Shown: piece after piece, positions 38,847 to 48,473 of the stretch
Layout of the letters: each line of letters opens with the position of its first letter
Position numbering within the stretch: position 1 is the stretch's first letter
Source of the DNA: Clostridia bacterium
GTDB lineage: Bacteria; Bacillota; Clostridia; Christensenellales; UBA1242
Direction: 5' to 3'
Length of the DNA stretch: 64,000 nt
Assembly: GCA_017464845.1 (NCBI GenBank)
Contig: JAFTYD010000019.1
Span: 53,567 to 117,566 of the forward strand
Notes under the pieces: generated by a model
What the model saw: only the letters and a program-made list of their open reading frames with translations
What the model was told of the DNA's origin: nothing
Database searches by the model: none
Program-made: the position numbers and the translations under genes

Positions 38847-40157
38847 ATGTTTAAGAAAGATTTTTGGAAATATTTTATAAAAACTTATGCTGAAGCAAAG
38901 TGGTTGGTTTTAAGATATCTTATTGTTGCTATATATTTAACAGTAAGTTCCATAATTGCAAACAAAATGAATTTGGAAAATCTAACTTATTTTAATGCAA
39001 TAATTGCAATATCTTATTTTGCAGATTTAATAGGTTTTGGTGTATCAAATGGTGTTGGCATTTATATCAACCAAAATATCAATAACAAAGAAAAAGTTGA
39101 TTATTATATAAAATTAGGACTATATATAAATTTTATTGTTTCGATTATTTTTGTAATAATTCTAGCATCATGTTATTATCCAATTTTACATTTACTATTA
39201 GGTTTAGGTAAAAATATAAAATACTCTTTTTATTTTATAATGCTTATATATATTTTTATGCTTTGCACACTAAACTATTTTATACACACATTCAAAGAAC
39301 TTAAAATGTTTTTATCTTCACTTATTATATCTATTATTCAATGTATTTTAATTATTGTTGGATTTATTTTGGTCTGGTTATGTTTTGATTTATCTCTTAC
39401 ACTTATCCCCTACATTTATATCATAACAACATTAATTGCAATAATTTTTTGTCTTATTTATTTCAATAAAAATTCTTATTATAAAATCAATATATTTAAG
39501 TTTATAAAAGTAAAATTAACAAAAGAAGAATTTAAAATAATTTGGCAACTTGCAGGCACACAAATTATATGGCAAATAGGTTCAACATTACTTTCTTATT
39601 ACATATTAAAATCTAATAAAATTATCTTTAATCAATACTCTTATTTTGAAAATATTTTGGATATTTTTAATGGATTTTATTATTCATTTGTAACTATAAC
39701 TAGCATTGATATTTGTCGAAATTTAGGTCAATCAAAATTTGACGAAACATACAAAATCGGCAAATACTCAATATACGCAAACTTTGTCATTTGGTTTATA
39801 TATTTCATTTTAAGCATTGCATTTTTTATACCAATAAAATCTGGTATGAGTATAGACATTCAATCTCAAGTTTTCTTATCATTAGTTCTTTATATTACCC
39901 TACATTTATTTAGATTTATTTCGTGGAATATTTTTTCATATATTGTTTGTTGGGGAGGAAAAGTTAAACTTATATTTTGGCAAGAAGTAGTAATTACATT
40001 TTACTTTTTAATATTGTACTTAATAGCTTCTTATTTGCCTTCAAACATATTCTTTATTTATTTTTTAATCTTTATTCCACCCTTTGTTCAAACAATACTT
40101 GGATTTATTGTTTTTAAGAAAAAAGATTGGATGAATGCCTTAACAAATAAAGATTAA
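38847..40157 (+). CDS. polytopic membrane protein (~12 TM; possibly MATE/MOP-superfamily transporter or flippase)
   Basis: 436 aa, hydrophobic throughout. The length and TM count fit the MOP superfamily, but I saw no diagnostic motif. Confidence 0.5.
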   Translation: MFKKDFWKYFIKTYAEAKWLVLRYLIVAIYLTVSSIIANKMNLENLTYFNAIIAISYFADLIGFGVSNGVGIYINQNINNKEKVDYYIKLGLYINFIVSIIFVIILASCYYPILHLLLGLGKNIKYSFYFIMLIYIFMLCTLNYFIHTFKELKMFLSSLIISIIQCILIIVGFILVWLCFDLSLTLIPYIYIITTLIAIIFCLIYFNKNSYYKINIFKFIKVKLTKEEFKIIWQLAGTQIIWQIGSTLLSYYILKSNKIIFNQYSYFENILDIFNGFYYSFVTITSIDICRNLGQSKFDETYKIGKYSIYANFVIWFIYFILSIAFFIPIKSGMSIDIQSQVFLSLVLYITLHLFRFISWNIFSYIVCWGGKVKLIFWQEVVITFYFLILYLIASYLPSNIFFIYFLIFIPPFVQTILGFIVFKKKDWMNALTNKD

Positions 40158-40217
40158 TTAAAAAAATAATAAAAAAAGATGATTTTTTTCATCTTTTTTT
40201 GTTATTTTTAAGTTTTT

Positions 40218-40946
40218 TTAATTCAAATTTGGATTTCTATCCTTTCTATTGAAGTTTCCTATCTTTGAATCTTCTCCTTGCAAATCATGGTCTATAAATA
40301 ATACATTTGGAATACAGTTAAACATTTCATCAATATAATTATGAAAAGATTCCATTGTTGGTGCAGAATAATTTAATGGAATTACTCCGTTATAAATATA
40401 AAATAAAGTCTTTCTATACATTTGTGCTGGTGATACAACACTTAAAATTTTTGAGAAATTTTCATCTTTAAAAAGTCTACTTGCTATATAACATTCATCT
40501 CCAGAATTATAGCAACCTAGTTCACCTTTATATTTAATATTTGTTTCATTTCCCATTATATCACATTCTTCAATTCCTTTTGAAATTAGATAATTTTTCC
40601 CAGCTTCACACAAAGGAATTTTGTCTGCAATTTTATTATACATATGTAAACTTCCCGGTACATAAATTATACATTCATTACCTTCACTTTTTGCTTTTTT
40701 ATAAAGTTCAATAGAAAGATCAAGCCTCTTTGAAAACTCTTCGTTTGGATATACACCATCAACCAAAGGATGTTGAGCAGCACACTCAATTAAAATCTTT
40801 TTATTATCCTTAACTCTATTCATAAATTCTTTTGCAGAATTATATTTCTCTATCCACATTTCATAATATGAAATATAATTATTTTTTAAATCAAAAGTTG
40901 TATTTTTCTCGTTAAAAAGATCATTTATCAAATCGTTATTTATCAT
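40218..40946 (-). CDS. DUF218/YdcF-like protein
   Basis: Core pattern IYVPGS...CEAGKNYLISKGIEECDI...SGDECYIASRLF...LSVVSPAQMYR resembles the YdcF/SanA fold (SEA...yL...Gi...nT.eN...VTs..H..R). Overlaps the upstream NUDIX gene by 4 nt. Confidence 0.45.
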   Translation of the reverse strand: MINNDLINDLFNEKNTTFDLKNNYISYYEMWIEKYNSAKEFMNRVKDNKKILIECAAQHPLVDGVYPNEEFSKRLDLSIELYKKAKSEGNECIIYVPGSLHMYNKIADKIPLCEAGKNYLISKGIEECDIMGNETNIKYKGELGCYNSGDECYIASRLFKDENFSKILSVVSPAQMYRKTLFYIYNGVIPLNYSAPTMESFHNYIDEMFNCIPNVLFIDHDLQGEDSKIGNFNRKDRNPNLN

Positions 40947-41479
40947 TTATTGCTCGCAAAAATTTTTCTATTTCCTGGTATATCTTTTACATCAAATATA
41001 AGTTCAATAAATGATTCTTTATAAGGAATAAATTCTCCACTTTGAATCATTGAAATTATTTCTTCTTTACTTGCCCATTTAACTTGTTTTACTTCTTCAT
41101 ATTGCAATTTTAAAGAATCAATATCAACATCTTTTACCATCACAAAAACATCATTCATAACATTTCTAACATTGAAAGTTACATCTGCAATCTTGTCCTT
41201 TAAATCAACTTCAAGTCCAAGTTCTTCTCTAACTTCCCTTTCACAAGCCATTGAAGAATCTTCTCCAAGTATAGCACTTCCTCCAGTTGTTAAGTCCCAC
41301 ATTCCAGACCAACCTTTTTTGAACAATTGTCTTTGTTGAATTAACATTTGATTATTTGTATTAAATAAACATAAATGAACAACAATTCTGTAGTCGCCGT
41401 CTTCCATTACAGGATTTTCTCGTTCAATAACCTTATCCTTTAATTTTCTATTTTTGTCATAGACATTCCACAATTCCAT
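40943..41479 (-). CDS. NUDIX hydrolase
   Basis: NUDIX box GGSAILGEDSSMACEREVREELG. The start at 41479 (MELWNVYDK) follows GGAGGAA. Confidence 0.85.
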   Translation of the reverse strand: MELWNVYDKNRKLKDKVIERENPVMEDGDYRIVVHLCLFNTNNQMLIQQRQLFKKGWSGMWDLTTGGSAILGEDSSMACEREVREELGLEVDLKDKIADVTFNVRNVMNDVFVMVKDVDIDSLKLQYEEVKQVKWASKEEIISMIQSGEFIPYKESFIELIFDVKDIPGNRKIFASNK

Positions 41480-41582
41480 AATTTCCTCCATGTAAAATAT
41501 CATACAATTAAATTTTAAGATTGTCAATAAAAAAATAATATGGTTGTCATATTATTTTTCTATATTTTTATTACAATAAAAT

Positions 41583-43049
41583 TTATAACATTACTATTTT
41601 TCCTGATGTCCAACTCTTAAAAAAACTTTCTAAGTTTACTCTAGACCTTTTCATAAAACATTCTACCAACTCTTCTGCTGATACGTTTTTATATCTAAAC
41701 TCATTATAATAATATCTTAAACATTTCTCAAATTTAACTTTCCCTAAGTAATCTCTGAGTGCATCAAACATCAACATACCTTTTGTATATGTTAAATAAA
41801 TATACTCAGGTTCAGTATTAAATTCATTTATCTTTCTATTCATACTTGTATCAAAATCTGGATAAACTTTGTTGTAAACTTCAACAAAGTATTTATAAGA
41901 AGAAGTTGCATTTTCCATTATAGTATTATACTTTATACCATATTCTGAATTCTTTTCATAAAACAAAGCTGTTGAATATTCTGTTAATCCTTCATCTACC
42001 CAAGCATTTTCATACTGATTATTTCCAACCAATCCATACCACCACTGATGAGCAAGTTCATGAACAATAACATAGTTATACTCCTCTTCCTTATCCAAGT
42101 CATCAGAAATTAAAACAATATTTGGATATTCCATTCCACCATAACAAAAATTTGATTTAACAACAGAAACCTGCGAATAAGGATATTCTCCAAATTCATT
42201 AATAAAAGTTTTCATAGCCTTCACTGCTGTTTGTAAAAATAGCTTAGGATTTTCATCATCATAGTAATAATAGTTAACTTTTATATCTTGAACCTTTTCA
42301 CTAATAATTTGAAATTTCTCTGATAAAACAAAACAAAAATCTCTTACTTTGTTAGCTTTTATATAAACTACTCTTATTTCCCCATTATCTCTATATTCTT
42401 CTACATTTCCAGTATTTGCTAAGATAAATTTGTTATTATATCTAATTGAGACTTCATAGTTTGAAATATCGCTATAAAATGGGTCTCCATTACTATTGTA
42501 CAAATCTGTGACAAATCCTTTACCATTTTCATAAACACACGCAATAGGATAAAAATTTGCGAAATTTACAGTATTTTCTCCATATCCAAACCTATGATTT
42601 ATATTTGGTAGTTTTAAATTATATACAATCTTTATCTTTACACTTTCATTTGGATAAAGAGTTTCTGGAAGATTTACTATTAAAATATTCGAATCTTCAC
42701 CACTTATTTCAAATTTTATTTCCTTATTTTCACAACTAACATTTTGAATATTAATTTCACCATAACTTTTCCCGTTTGGATATGCTTTATCAAAATTTGC
42801 TGTTGATACTAAAGAATTTAACGAATCTTCTCTAAAAGCATTTGGATAAAGATGAAAATATATTTCTTCAAAGGCATTATTGCTATTATTTACATATGTT
42901 ACAGTTTGTTTACAATCGGCTGTATGTTCTTCTTCATTATATTCAATGGAAATATCATAATGAGAATAAGTTGTTTTTTCTTTTGAACAACCTGTAAATA
43001 AAAATGGTAAAAATAAACAAATTAAACTTAAAAAGATAAATTTTTTCAT
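41583..43049 (-). CDS. M1-family zinc metallopeptidase, lipoprotein
   Basis: Lipobox LFTGC after the signal peptide. HELAHQWW followed by E 19 residues after the second His (HEXXH-X18-E). Confidence 0.85.
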   Translation of the reverse strand: MKKFIFLSLICLFLPFLFTGCSKEKTTYSHYDISIEYNEEEHTADCKQTVTYVNNSNNAFEEIYFHLYPNAFREDSLNSLVSTANFDKAYPNGKSYGEINIQNVSCENKEIKFEISGEDSNILIVNLPETLYPNESVKIKIVYNLKLPNINHRFGYGENTVNFANFYPIACVYENGKGFVTDLYNSNGDPFYSDISNYEVSIRYNNKFILANTGNVEEYRDNGEIRVVYIKANKVRDFCFVLSEKFQIISEKVQDIKVNYYYYDDENPKLFLQTAVKAMKTFINEFGEYPYSQVSVVKSNFCYGGMEYPNIVLISDDLDKEEEYNYVIVHELAHQWWYGLVGNNQYENAWVDEGLTEYSTALFYEKNSEYGIKYNTIMENATSSYKYFVEVYNKVYPDFDTSMNRKINEFNTEPEYIYLTYTKGMLMFDALRDYLGKVKFEKCLRYYYNEFRYKNVSAEELVECFMKRSRVNLESFFKSWTSGKIVML

Positions 43050-43140
43050 GTTATATACTTATTCACTAAGTTTTAAAACATTCCTTTAAAAACTTGTAAA
43101 TTTTATCAAACTATGTTAGAATTTCCCTAGCGAGGTTAAA

Positions 43141-44583
43141 ATGAGTTTATGTAAATATTCAACTGAATATGTAGCAAACAATTCTGTCAAACTTGATAAT
43201 ATTTTTATCAATGATTATATGATATATGCACCAGATTCATATTTGAAAGTGTATATTTATGGATTATTCAAATGTGGAGATTCTGCATCATATGACAACA
43301 CCTTTGAATATTTTTGTAAAAACTTGAATATGTCTGAAGAAGAAGTTCAAAACGCCTTTTTATATTGGCAAGAAAAAGGTCTTATTCAAATTCTTCAAAC
43401 TGAACCTATTGAAGTTAGATTTATGCCAACAAAAAATGCTATAAATGGTATAAAAAAATATAACACAAAAAAATACGAAAGCTTTAATATTCAAATTCAA
43501 GAGATTATTGAAGGTAGAATGATTACCCCTGTTGAGTATTCTGAATATTATTATCTAATTGAAGATAAACACATTGAAAAAGAAGCTTTAATCTTAATTA
43601 TAAAATATTGCACAACCATAAAAGGTAATAATGTTGGATATAGTTATATCTGTACCGTTGCAAGAAATTGGGCAAATGAAGGAATAACCACCCTTGAACA
43701 AGTAGAAGATAGATTAAAAACATTTGAAGAAAATAATACATACTTAAAAGAAATTTTAAAAGCAATAGGAAAGAAAAGAAATCCTTTCATTGAAGAAAAA
43801 GAAATGTATAACACTTGGAAAAATGAAATGGGTTTTGATGATGATGTTATTTTACAAGTTGCAAAACTTTCTAAAAAGAGTTCATCTTCTTCATTTGAAA
43901 AAATTGATGACAAATTAAATAAATATTTTGAAATGAAACTTTTCTCAATAAGAGAAATTATGGAATACGAAGAAAACAAACAAGAACTTTATTCAATAGC
44001 AAAAAATATAAATAAAAAAATTGGTGTTTTCTATGAAAATCTTGAAAATATAGTTGAAACATATATTGAAAAATGGATAAGCTTAGGTTATTCAAAAGAA
44101 GTGTTATTTGAACTTGCCGACTATTGTTTCAAGTGTTCAATTAGATCTCTTGAAGGTATGAATAAGGTTATTGCAAAATTCTATAAACTTGGAGTCATTA
44201 GTCAAAATAGTCTACACGAATATTTCAGTTCTGTTATTCAAGAAGATAAACAAATAAAACTTGTGTTAGAAAAAATGAACTTAACAAGAAATGTAAATTC
44301 TTTTGACAGGGAAAAATACAAAGTATGGAAAGAAAATTGGAATATGTCAGATGAGTTAATTTCTTATGGAGCAGAACTTTCTAAAGATAAAATATCTCCT
44401 ATGCAATATTTATCACGAATTTTATCTTCATGGAATGAAAACAAAATTACAACAATTGAACAAGCAAAAAATTCAAACTTACAATTCTCTGAAAATTTAC
44501 CAAAAGAGAATTTCAAAGGAAGAAGTTATTCAAAAGAAGAAATGAATTCATTATTCCAATCAATAGATGAAGTTGAAATATAG
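43141..44583 (+). CDS. replication initiation / membrane attachment protein (B. subtilis DnaB-type, DnaD-like domains)
   Basis: 480 aa with repeated DnaD-like C-terminal motifs (YICTVARNWANEGITTLEQVE ... YLSRILSSWNENKITTIEQAK). Lies immediately upstream of dnaI. Confidence 0.8.
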   Translation: MSLCKYSTEYVANNSVKLDNIFINDYMIYAPDSYLKVYIYGLFKCGDSASYDNTFEYFCKNLNMSEEEVQNAFLYWQEKGLIQILQTEPIEVRFMPTKNAINGIKKYNTKKYESFNIQIQEIIEGRMITPVEYSEYYYLIEDKHIEKEALILIIKYCTTIKGNNVGYSYICTVARNWANEGITTLEQVEDRLKTFEENNTYLKEILKAIGKKRNPFIEEKEMYNTWKNEMGFDDDVILQVAKLSKKSSSSSFEKIDDKLNKYFEMKLFSIREIMEYEENKQELYSIAKNINKKIGVFYENLENIVETYIEKWISLGYSKEVLFELADYCFKCSIRSLEGMNKVIAKFYKLGVISQNSLHEYFSSVIQEDKQIKLVLEKMNLTRNVNSFDREKYKVWKENWNMSDELISYGAELSKDKISPMQYLSRILSSWNENKITTIEQAKNSNLQFSENLPKENFKGRSYSKEEMNSLFQSIDEVEI

Positions 44584-44591
44584 GAGTAAAT

Positions 44592-45506
44592 ATGAGACAA
44601 GAAATAATAAATAAAGCAATTTCAAATTTAATAAATAAGCAAAAAGAAATTAATGCATCAATTCAACAAAATTTAGAAAAAGCTTTTAATGATAAAAATT
44701 TCTGTGAAACAAATAAGAAATATAAACAAGAAATGATAAATAATGCTAGAAAAGAAGCTAACAACGAAAATGTTGATTATAGCACCCAAACCAAACTTGA
44801 ACAAGAAATAAAAGATATATTAAAAAAATTAAATATTGAATCTATTACTTATAAAGACAATTGCGAAATTTGTCATGATACTTTTGATTGTAACGGAAAA
44901 ATGTGTTCATGTTTAAAAAGTGAAATATCAAATATATTAATTCAAGAAAGTGGTTTTAAAAAATTAAAATCTTTTGACGAAGCAAAGTTTGATTTATATC
45001 AAAATAAAGAACAAATACAAAAAATCTTTAGCAAAATGAAAGAATGGTGTCATAATAGTATAATAAACAAAAACCTTATCTTTATCTCTGGTAATACTGG
45101 TGTTGGTAAAACTTTTCTTATGCAATGCATGGCAAAAGAATTAATTGATTTAGGAAAAATTGTTTACTTAACATCTGCTTTTTCAATAAATCAAAATCTT
45201 TTTAACTATAGAAATTTCTCTAATGATAGTGAAATAAGTTTAAATAAATATATAGACCCAGAAGTTTTATTTATTGACGATTTAGGTAGTGAAACATTAA
45301 GAAAAAATCTAACAATTGAAAATTTATATATAATTATCAATGAAAGAAAAATAAGAAATTTACCTGTTATTATCACATCAAATTTAGAACTTTCTGATTT
45401 AAGAGAAATATATGGTGAAAGAATTTATTCAAGAATAATTGATAGAGATACATCAATAACATTAAAAATTGACGGCGAAGATTTAAGAATGAAAAATAAA
45501 AAATAA
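44592..45506 (+). CDS. dnaI: primosomal protein DnaI (helicase loader, AAA+)
   Basis: Walker A SGNTGVGKTF, Walker B LFIDDLG, and an N-terminal Cys cluster (CEICHDTFDCNGKMCSC). Confidence 0.88.
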   Translation: MRQEIINKAISNLINKQKEINASIQQNLEKAFNDKNFCETNKKYKQEMINNARKEANNENVDYSTQTKLEQEIKDILKKLNIESITYKDNCEICHDTFDCNGKMCSCLKSEISNILIQESGFKKLKSFDEAKFDLYQNKEQIQKIFSKMKEWCHNSIINKNLIFISGNTGVGKTFLMQCMAKELIDLGKIVYLTSAFSINQNLFNYRNFSNDSEISLNKYIDPEVLFIDDLGSETLRKNLTIENLYIIINERKIRNLPVIITSNLELSDLREIYGERIYSRIIDRDTSITLKIDGEDLRMKNKK

Positions 45507-45529
45507 TGTTTTTTTCAAACATTATTTTT

Positions 45530-46144
45530 TTATCTATCTCCTAAAAATTTTATCCAAGTTTTTACAACTTTATCTTGTTCTTGTTTATCACAATCTTCAC
45601 CATGACCACAATGCATTGTTTTGTATTCTAAGTTTTTTAAAATTTCAAGAGTCCTAAGTGTTGAAAATTTATTTCCACCATAAAGATCCATTCTACCAAC
45701 TGACCTACCTATCAAACTATCCCCTACAAACAAATCATTTTCAATTAAGTATAAAGTATCTGTCTTACTATGTCCACCACAACAAATATAATGAACAGCA
45801 AAATTTTCTAGCTCTATATCATTTTCACCTTCAATAAAAATAAAACTTAAAACATCTTCAATCTTAAAACCTTCTCCATAATTTTTATCAGAATCTAAAA
45901 AATATTCTGGTGAATTTTTATTTGCATAAATCTTACAATCAAATTCTTTTGCATAATCCAAACAATAAAAAACATGATCATAATGAGCATGAGTTAAGAA
46001 AATTCCAAGAACTTTTTTATTATTGATTTCATTTTTTACATCTTCCAGCTTTGCCCCTGCATCTATAATTATTGCTTTATCTCCTTTTGAAATAACAAAA
46101 GTATTGCTATCAAGAATTTTTGATATAATTCGTTTTATTTCCAT
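45530..46144 (-). CDS. MBL-fold metallo-hydrolase
   Basis: THAHYDH motif; 204 aa. Confidence 0.85.
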   Translation of the reverse strand: MEIKRIISKILDSNTFVISKGDKAIIIDAGAKLEDVKNEINNKKVLGIFLTHAHYDHVFYCLDYAKEFDCKIYANKNSPEYFLDSDKNYGEGFKIEDVLSFIFIEGENDIELENFAVHYICCGGHSKTDTLYLIENDLFVGDSLIGRSVGRMDLYGGNKFSTLRTLEILKNLEYKTMHCGHGEDCDKQEQDKVVKTWIKFLGDR

Positions 46145-46210
46145 TTTTCACCTCAATAGAAAAAGTATAAACCTAAAATACTAAAAATCAAAATAAATAA
46201 TAAAAATATG

Positions 46211-46239
46211 TTGACAAATTTATAAAAATCTTGTATTAT
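46211..46239 (+). promoter_or_regulatory. promoter of tRNA-Trp
   Basis: TTGACA (46211-46216), 17-nt spacer, TGTATTAT (extended -10). Confidence 0.7.
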
Positions 46240-46269
46240 ATGCTAGTAGATTTTAATTAATCTAAGTTT

Positions 46270-46343
46270 AGGGGTGTAGTTCATCGGTAGAATAAGAGTC
46301 TCCAAAACTCCTGAGGTAGGTTCGACTCCTTCCACCCCTGCCA
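46270..46343 (+). tRNA. tRNA-Trp (anticodon CCA)
   Basis: Acceptor AGGGGTG/CACCCCT, anticodon loop CTCCAAA, T-loop TTCGACT, encoded CCA. There is one A-C mismatch at the top of the anticodon stem and one T-T mismatch in the T-stem. Confidence 0.82.
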
Positions 46344-46351
46344 TGATAAAA

Positions 46352-46382
46352 AACACTTAACATAAGTTAAGTGTTTTTTTTA
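46352..46382. terminator. bidirectional terminator after tRNA-Trp and the HIT-like gene
   Basis: 10-bp stem aacacttaac / gttaagtgtt followed by T8, with an A-run upstream. Confidence 0.8.
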
Positions 46383-46964
46383 ATTTGTTTTAAAATTATT
46401 TATCGTCTCCTCTACATTTTCAATAAAAGAATATTCTTTCCAATTAAAATAAGATTGCATATTCAAATCTTCTGCTATCTTTATTCTCATAAGCTGACTT
46501 ATTTTTTCAAATTCAAAAGAAATATAATCATTCCCATTTTCATCTCTAAAATAAATATAATTATCCTTTATTTTTGTTAAAGTTGAAAAATCAAACTTAT
46601 TAAATTTTAATTCCTCTATTAACTTTTCATTATCCTTAAATTTAAAATTTAATAAATGAGTGTGTGAATGAGATACACTATTTACCCCAATTTTTTCTAT
46701 ATCTGGACAACCATGTTCAAAAATAATTGGATAAGAATTAAATTTAGTTTTAAAAATATTTATTAAATAATCTAAAAACTCTTTATAATCTTCAAATTCT
46801 TTTAAACTTAATTCACTCATAGCGTTTATATGTCTTTTAGTTATTATTAAAATGTAATTTGGAACTAATGCCCCTAAAGTTGGCACAGCGAAAAAATATT
46901 TACTTTCAAATAATTTTGTATTAAATATATTGTTTTCTAACTCACAAAATTTACAATTTTTCAT
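46380..46964 (-). CDS. HIT (histidine triad) family protein with a C-terminal extension
   Basis: N-terminal CKFCE, histidine triad SHSHTHLL (HxHxHxx), and a ~60-aa extra C-terminal region. Confidence 0.7.
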   Translation of the reverse strand: MKNCKFCELENNIFNTKLFESKYFFAVPTLGALVPNYILIITKRHINAMSELSLKEFEDYKEFLDYLINIFKTKFNSYPIIFEHGCPDIEKIGVNSVSHSHTHLLNFKFKDNEKLIEELKFNKFDFSTLTKIKDNYIYFRDENGNDYISFEFEKISQLMRIKIAEDLNMQSYFNWKEYSFIENVEETINNFKTN

Positions 46965-47153
46965 AAAACTATTTTATTACTAAAAGTCATTTTTTGCAAG
47001 TAGTATAAACTACTTTATTAAAAATATATAATCTTTATATTACTTAATTCATTATATAAAAAATCAATTTTATATAATCTATTTATTTTTATTTTAATAT
47101 ATGCTAAAATCATAACAATCAAAATTTTATTTATTAATTACAAAGGAGTTTTT

Positions 47154-47777
47154 ATGTTAAACGATGCTTTTAAATTTTATTATGAAATAACAAAACTAAA
47201 AGATATGTTAAGACAAGGTGCAATTGTTTGGAATGTAAAAAAGGAAAGACTAGAAAGTATTGCAGAACATACATTTGGTTGTTGTATCCTTGCAATGTCA
47301 TTACAATCTGAATTAAACTTAGATATAAATATTGACAAAGTTTTAAAAATGATGGTTATACATGAAATAGAAGAAATTTGTATCGGAGATATAACCCCTC
47401 TTGATAAAATAGAAAAAGAGACATTAAATAACAAAGCAAAAGAATACGTTGATAATATTGTAAGTAATTTAAAAATAAAAGATGAATTAATAACTTTAAC
47501 AGACGAATTCAATGAAGCAAAAACTTTTGATGCATTATTTGCAAAAGCTATAGATAAACTTGAATGTGTTCTTGAATTCAAAAAATATCATGATAATGGT
47601 TGCGTATCATTAAATAGCGCTCCTCATCTACTTTCCAATCCAAAACTTAAACCATACTTAGAAGATAACAAGTATGATTTATCTGATATATTTTTTATAT
47701 TCAACTTAGAACATTATGAAAAATTTGGAATAAATTTAGATTACTGGTACAAACATCTCAAAAATTTAAAAATATAA
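47154..47777 (+). CDS. HD_3 / YfbR-like phosphohydrolase with HE in place of the HD dyad
   Basis: ESIAEHTF (first His), VIHEIEEICIGDITP (compare YfbR YHDASEVLTGDLP) and KAIDKLE. The codons cat gaa at 47361-47366 encode H70-E71. Confidence 0.7.
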   Translation: MLNDAFKFYYEITKLKDMLRQGAIVWNVKKERLESIAEHTFGCCILAMSLQSELNLDINIDKVLKMMVIHEIEEICIGDITPLDKIEKETLNNKAKEYVDNIVSNLKIKDELITLTDEFNEAKTFDALFAKAIDKLECVLEFKKYHDNGCVSLNSAPHLLSNPKLKPYLEDNKYDLSDIFFIFNLEHYEKFGINLDYWYKHLKNLKI

Positions 47778-47815
47778 TAAAAAAAGTAGAATCATTTTGA
47801 TTCTACTTTTTATTT

Positions 47816-48352
47816 TTATTCAATAAAAGTTAATATATCTTCTATACTCTTTTTAGGTTTTGGTGAAAAGTTTTCATCAGGAATACCTAATGCAATAGCA
47901 GAATATAATTCCAAATCAACACCAAGATAATTTGAAATATTATCTTTTACATACCAAGTATCAGCAATCCATTTTGAACCAACTCCAAGTTCTGTTGATT
48001 TAAGTAAAATATTTCCAATACAAGCCCCAAGTGATAATGTATCTCTTCTTTCAAAAGTATTATCAGAATCTCTAAATACTAAAATAAGAACAGATGCTTG
48101 TTTGATAGAAAGAGCTGATTTATTAACAGTAGTAGTATTATTTTTATTTTCATTAAACCAATCCATCATAAGATCAGAGATGAATTCTTTTTTATCTCCC
48201 TTAATCGCAATAAACTTCCAAGGTTGTCTATTTTTTAAAGAAGGAGAAAGTCTAGCTGATTCTATTATTGTAATAATATCCTCATTTGAAACTTGTTCAT
48301 TTTTAAACTTTTTAATACTTCTTCTGGTTTTTACAAGTTCATCAAAATCCAT
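47816..48352 (-). CDS. nitroreductase-family protein
   Basis: TRRSIKKF and RLSPSLKNRQPWKF motifs. The start at 48352 (MDFDELVK) follows GGAGG. Confidence 0.85.
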   Translation of the reverse strand: MDFDELVKTRRSIKKFKNEQVSNEDIITIIESARLSPSLKNRQPWKFIAIKGDKKEFISDLMMDWFNENKNNTTTVNKSALSIKQASVLILVFRDSDNTFERRDTLSLGACIGNILLKSTELGVGSKWIADTWYVKDNISNYLGVDLELYSAIALGIPDENFSPKPKKSIEDILTFIE

Positions 48353-48473
48353 AAAACCTCCAATTTTTAAACACAAAAAGTATATCATATTTAACAACAA
48401 AAATCAAATTTTTTTATAATATTCTTAAATATATCTTTTGACAGAAAAATGACAAAAATTTTATCATTTAAAA

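Noticed and set aside
37426-41527. A genomic island integrated at tRNA-Lys, and similarly 46344-50258 at tRNA-Trp.
   Set aside because: There is no integrase and I could spot no repeat of the tRNA 3' end. The composition is indistinguishable by eye from the rest of the window. I report these regions only as accessory-looking gene strings.
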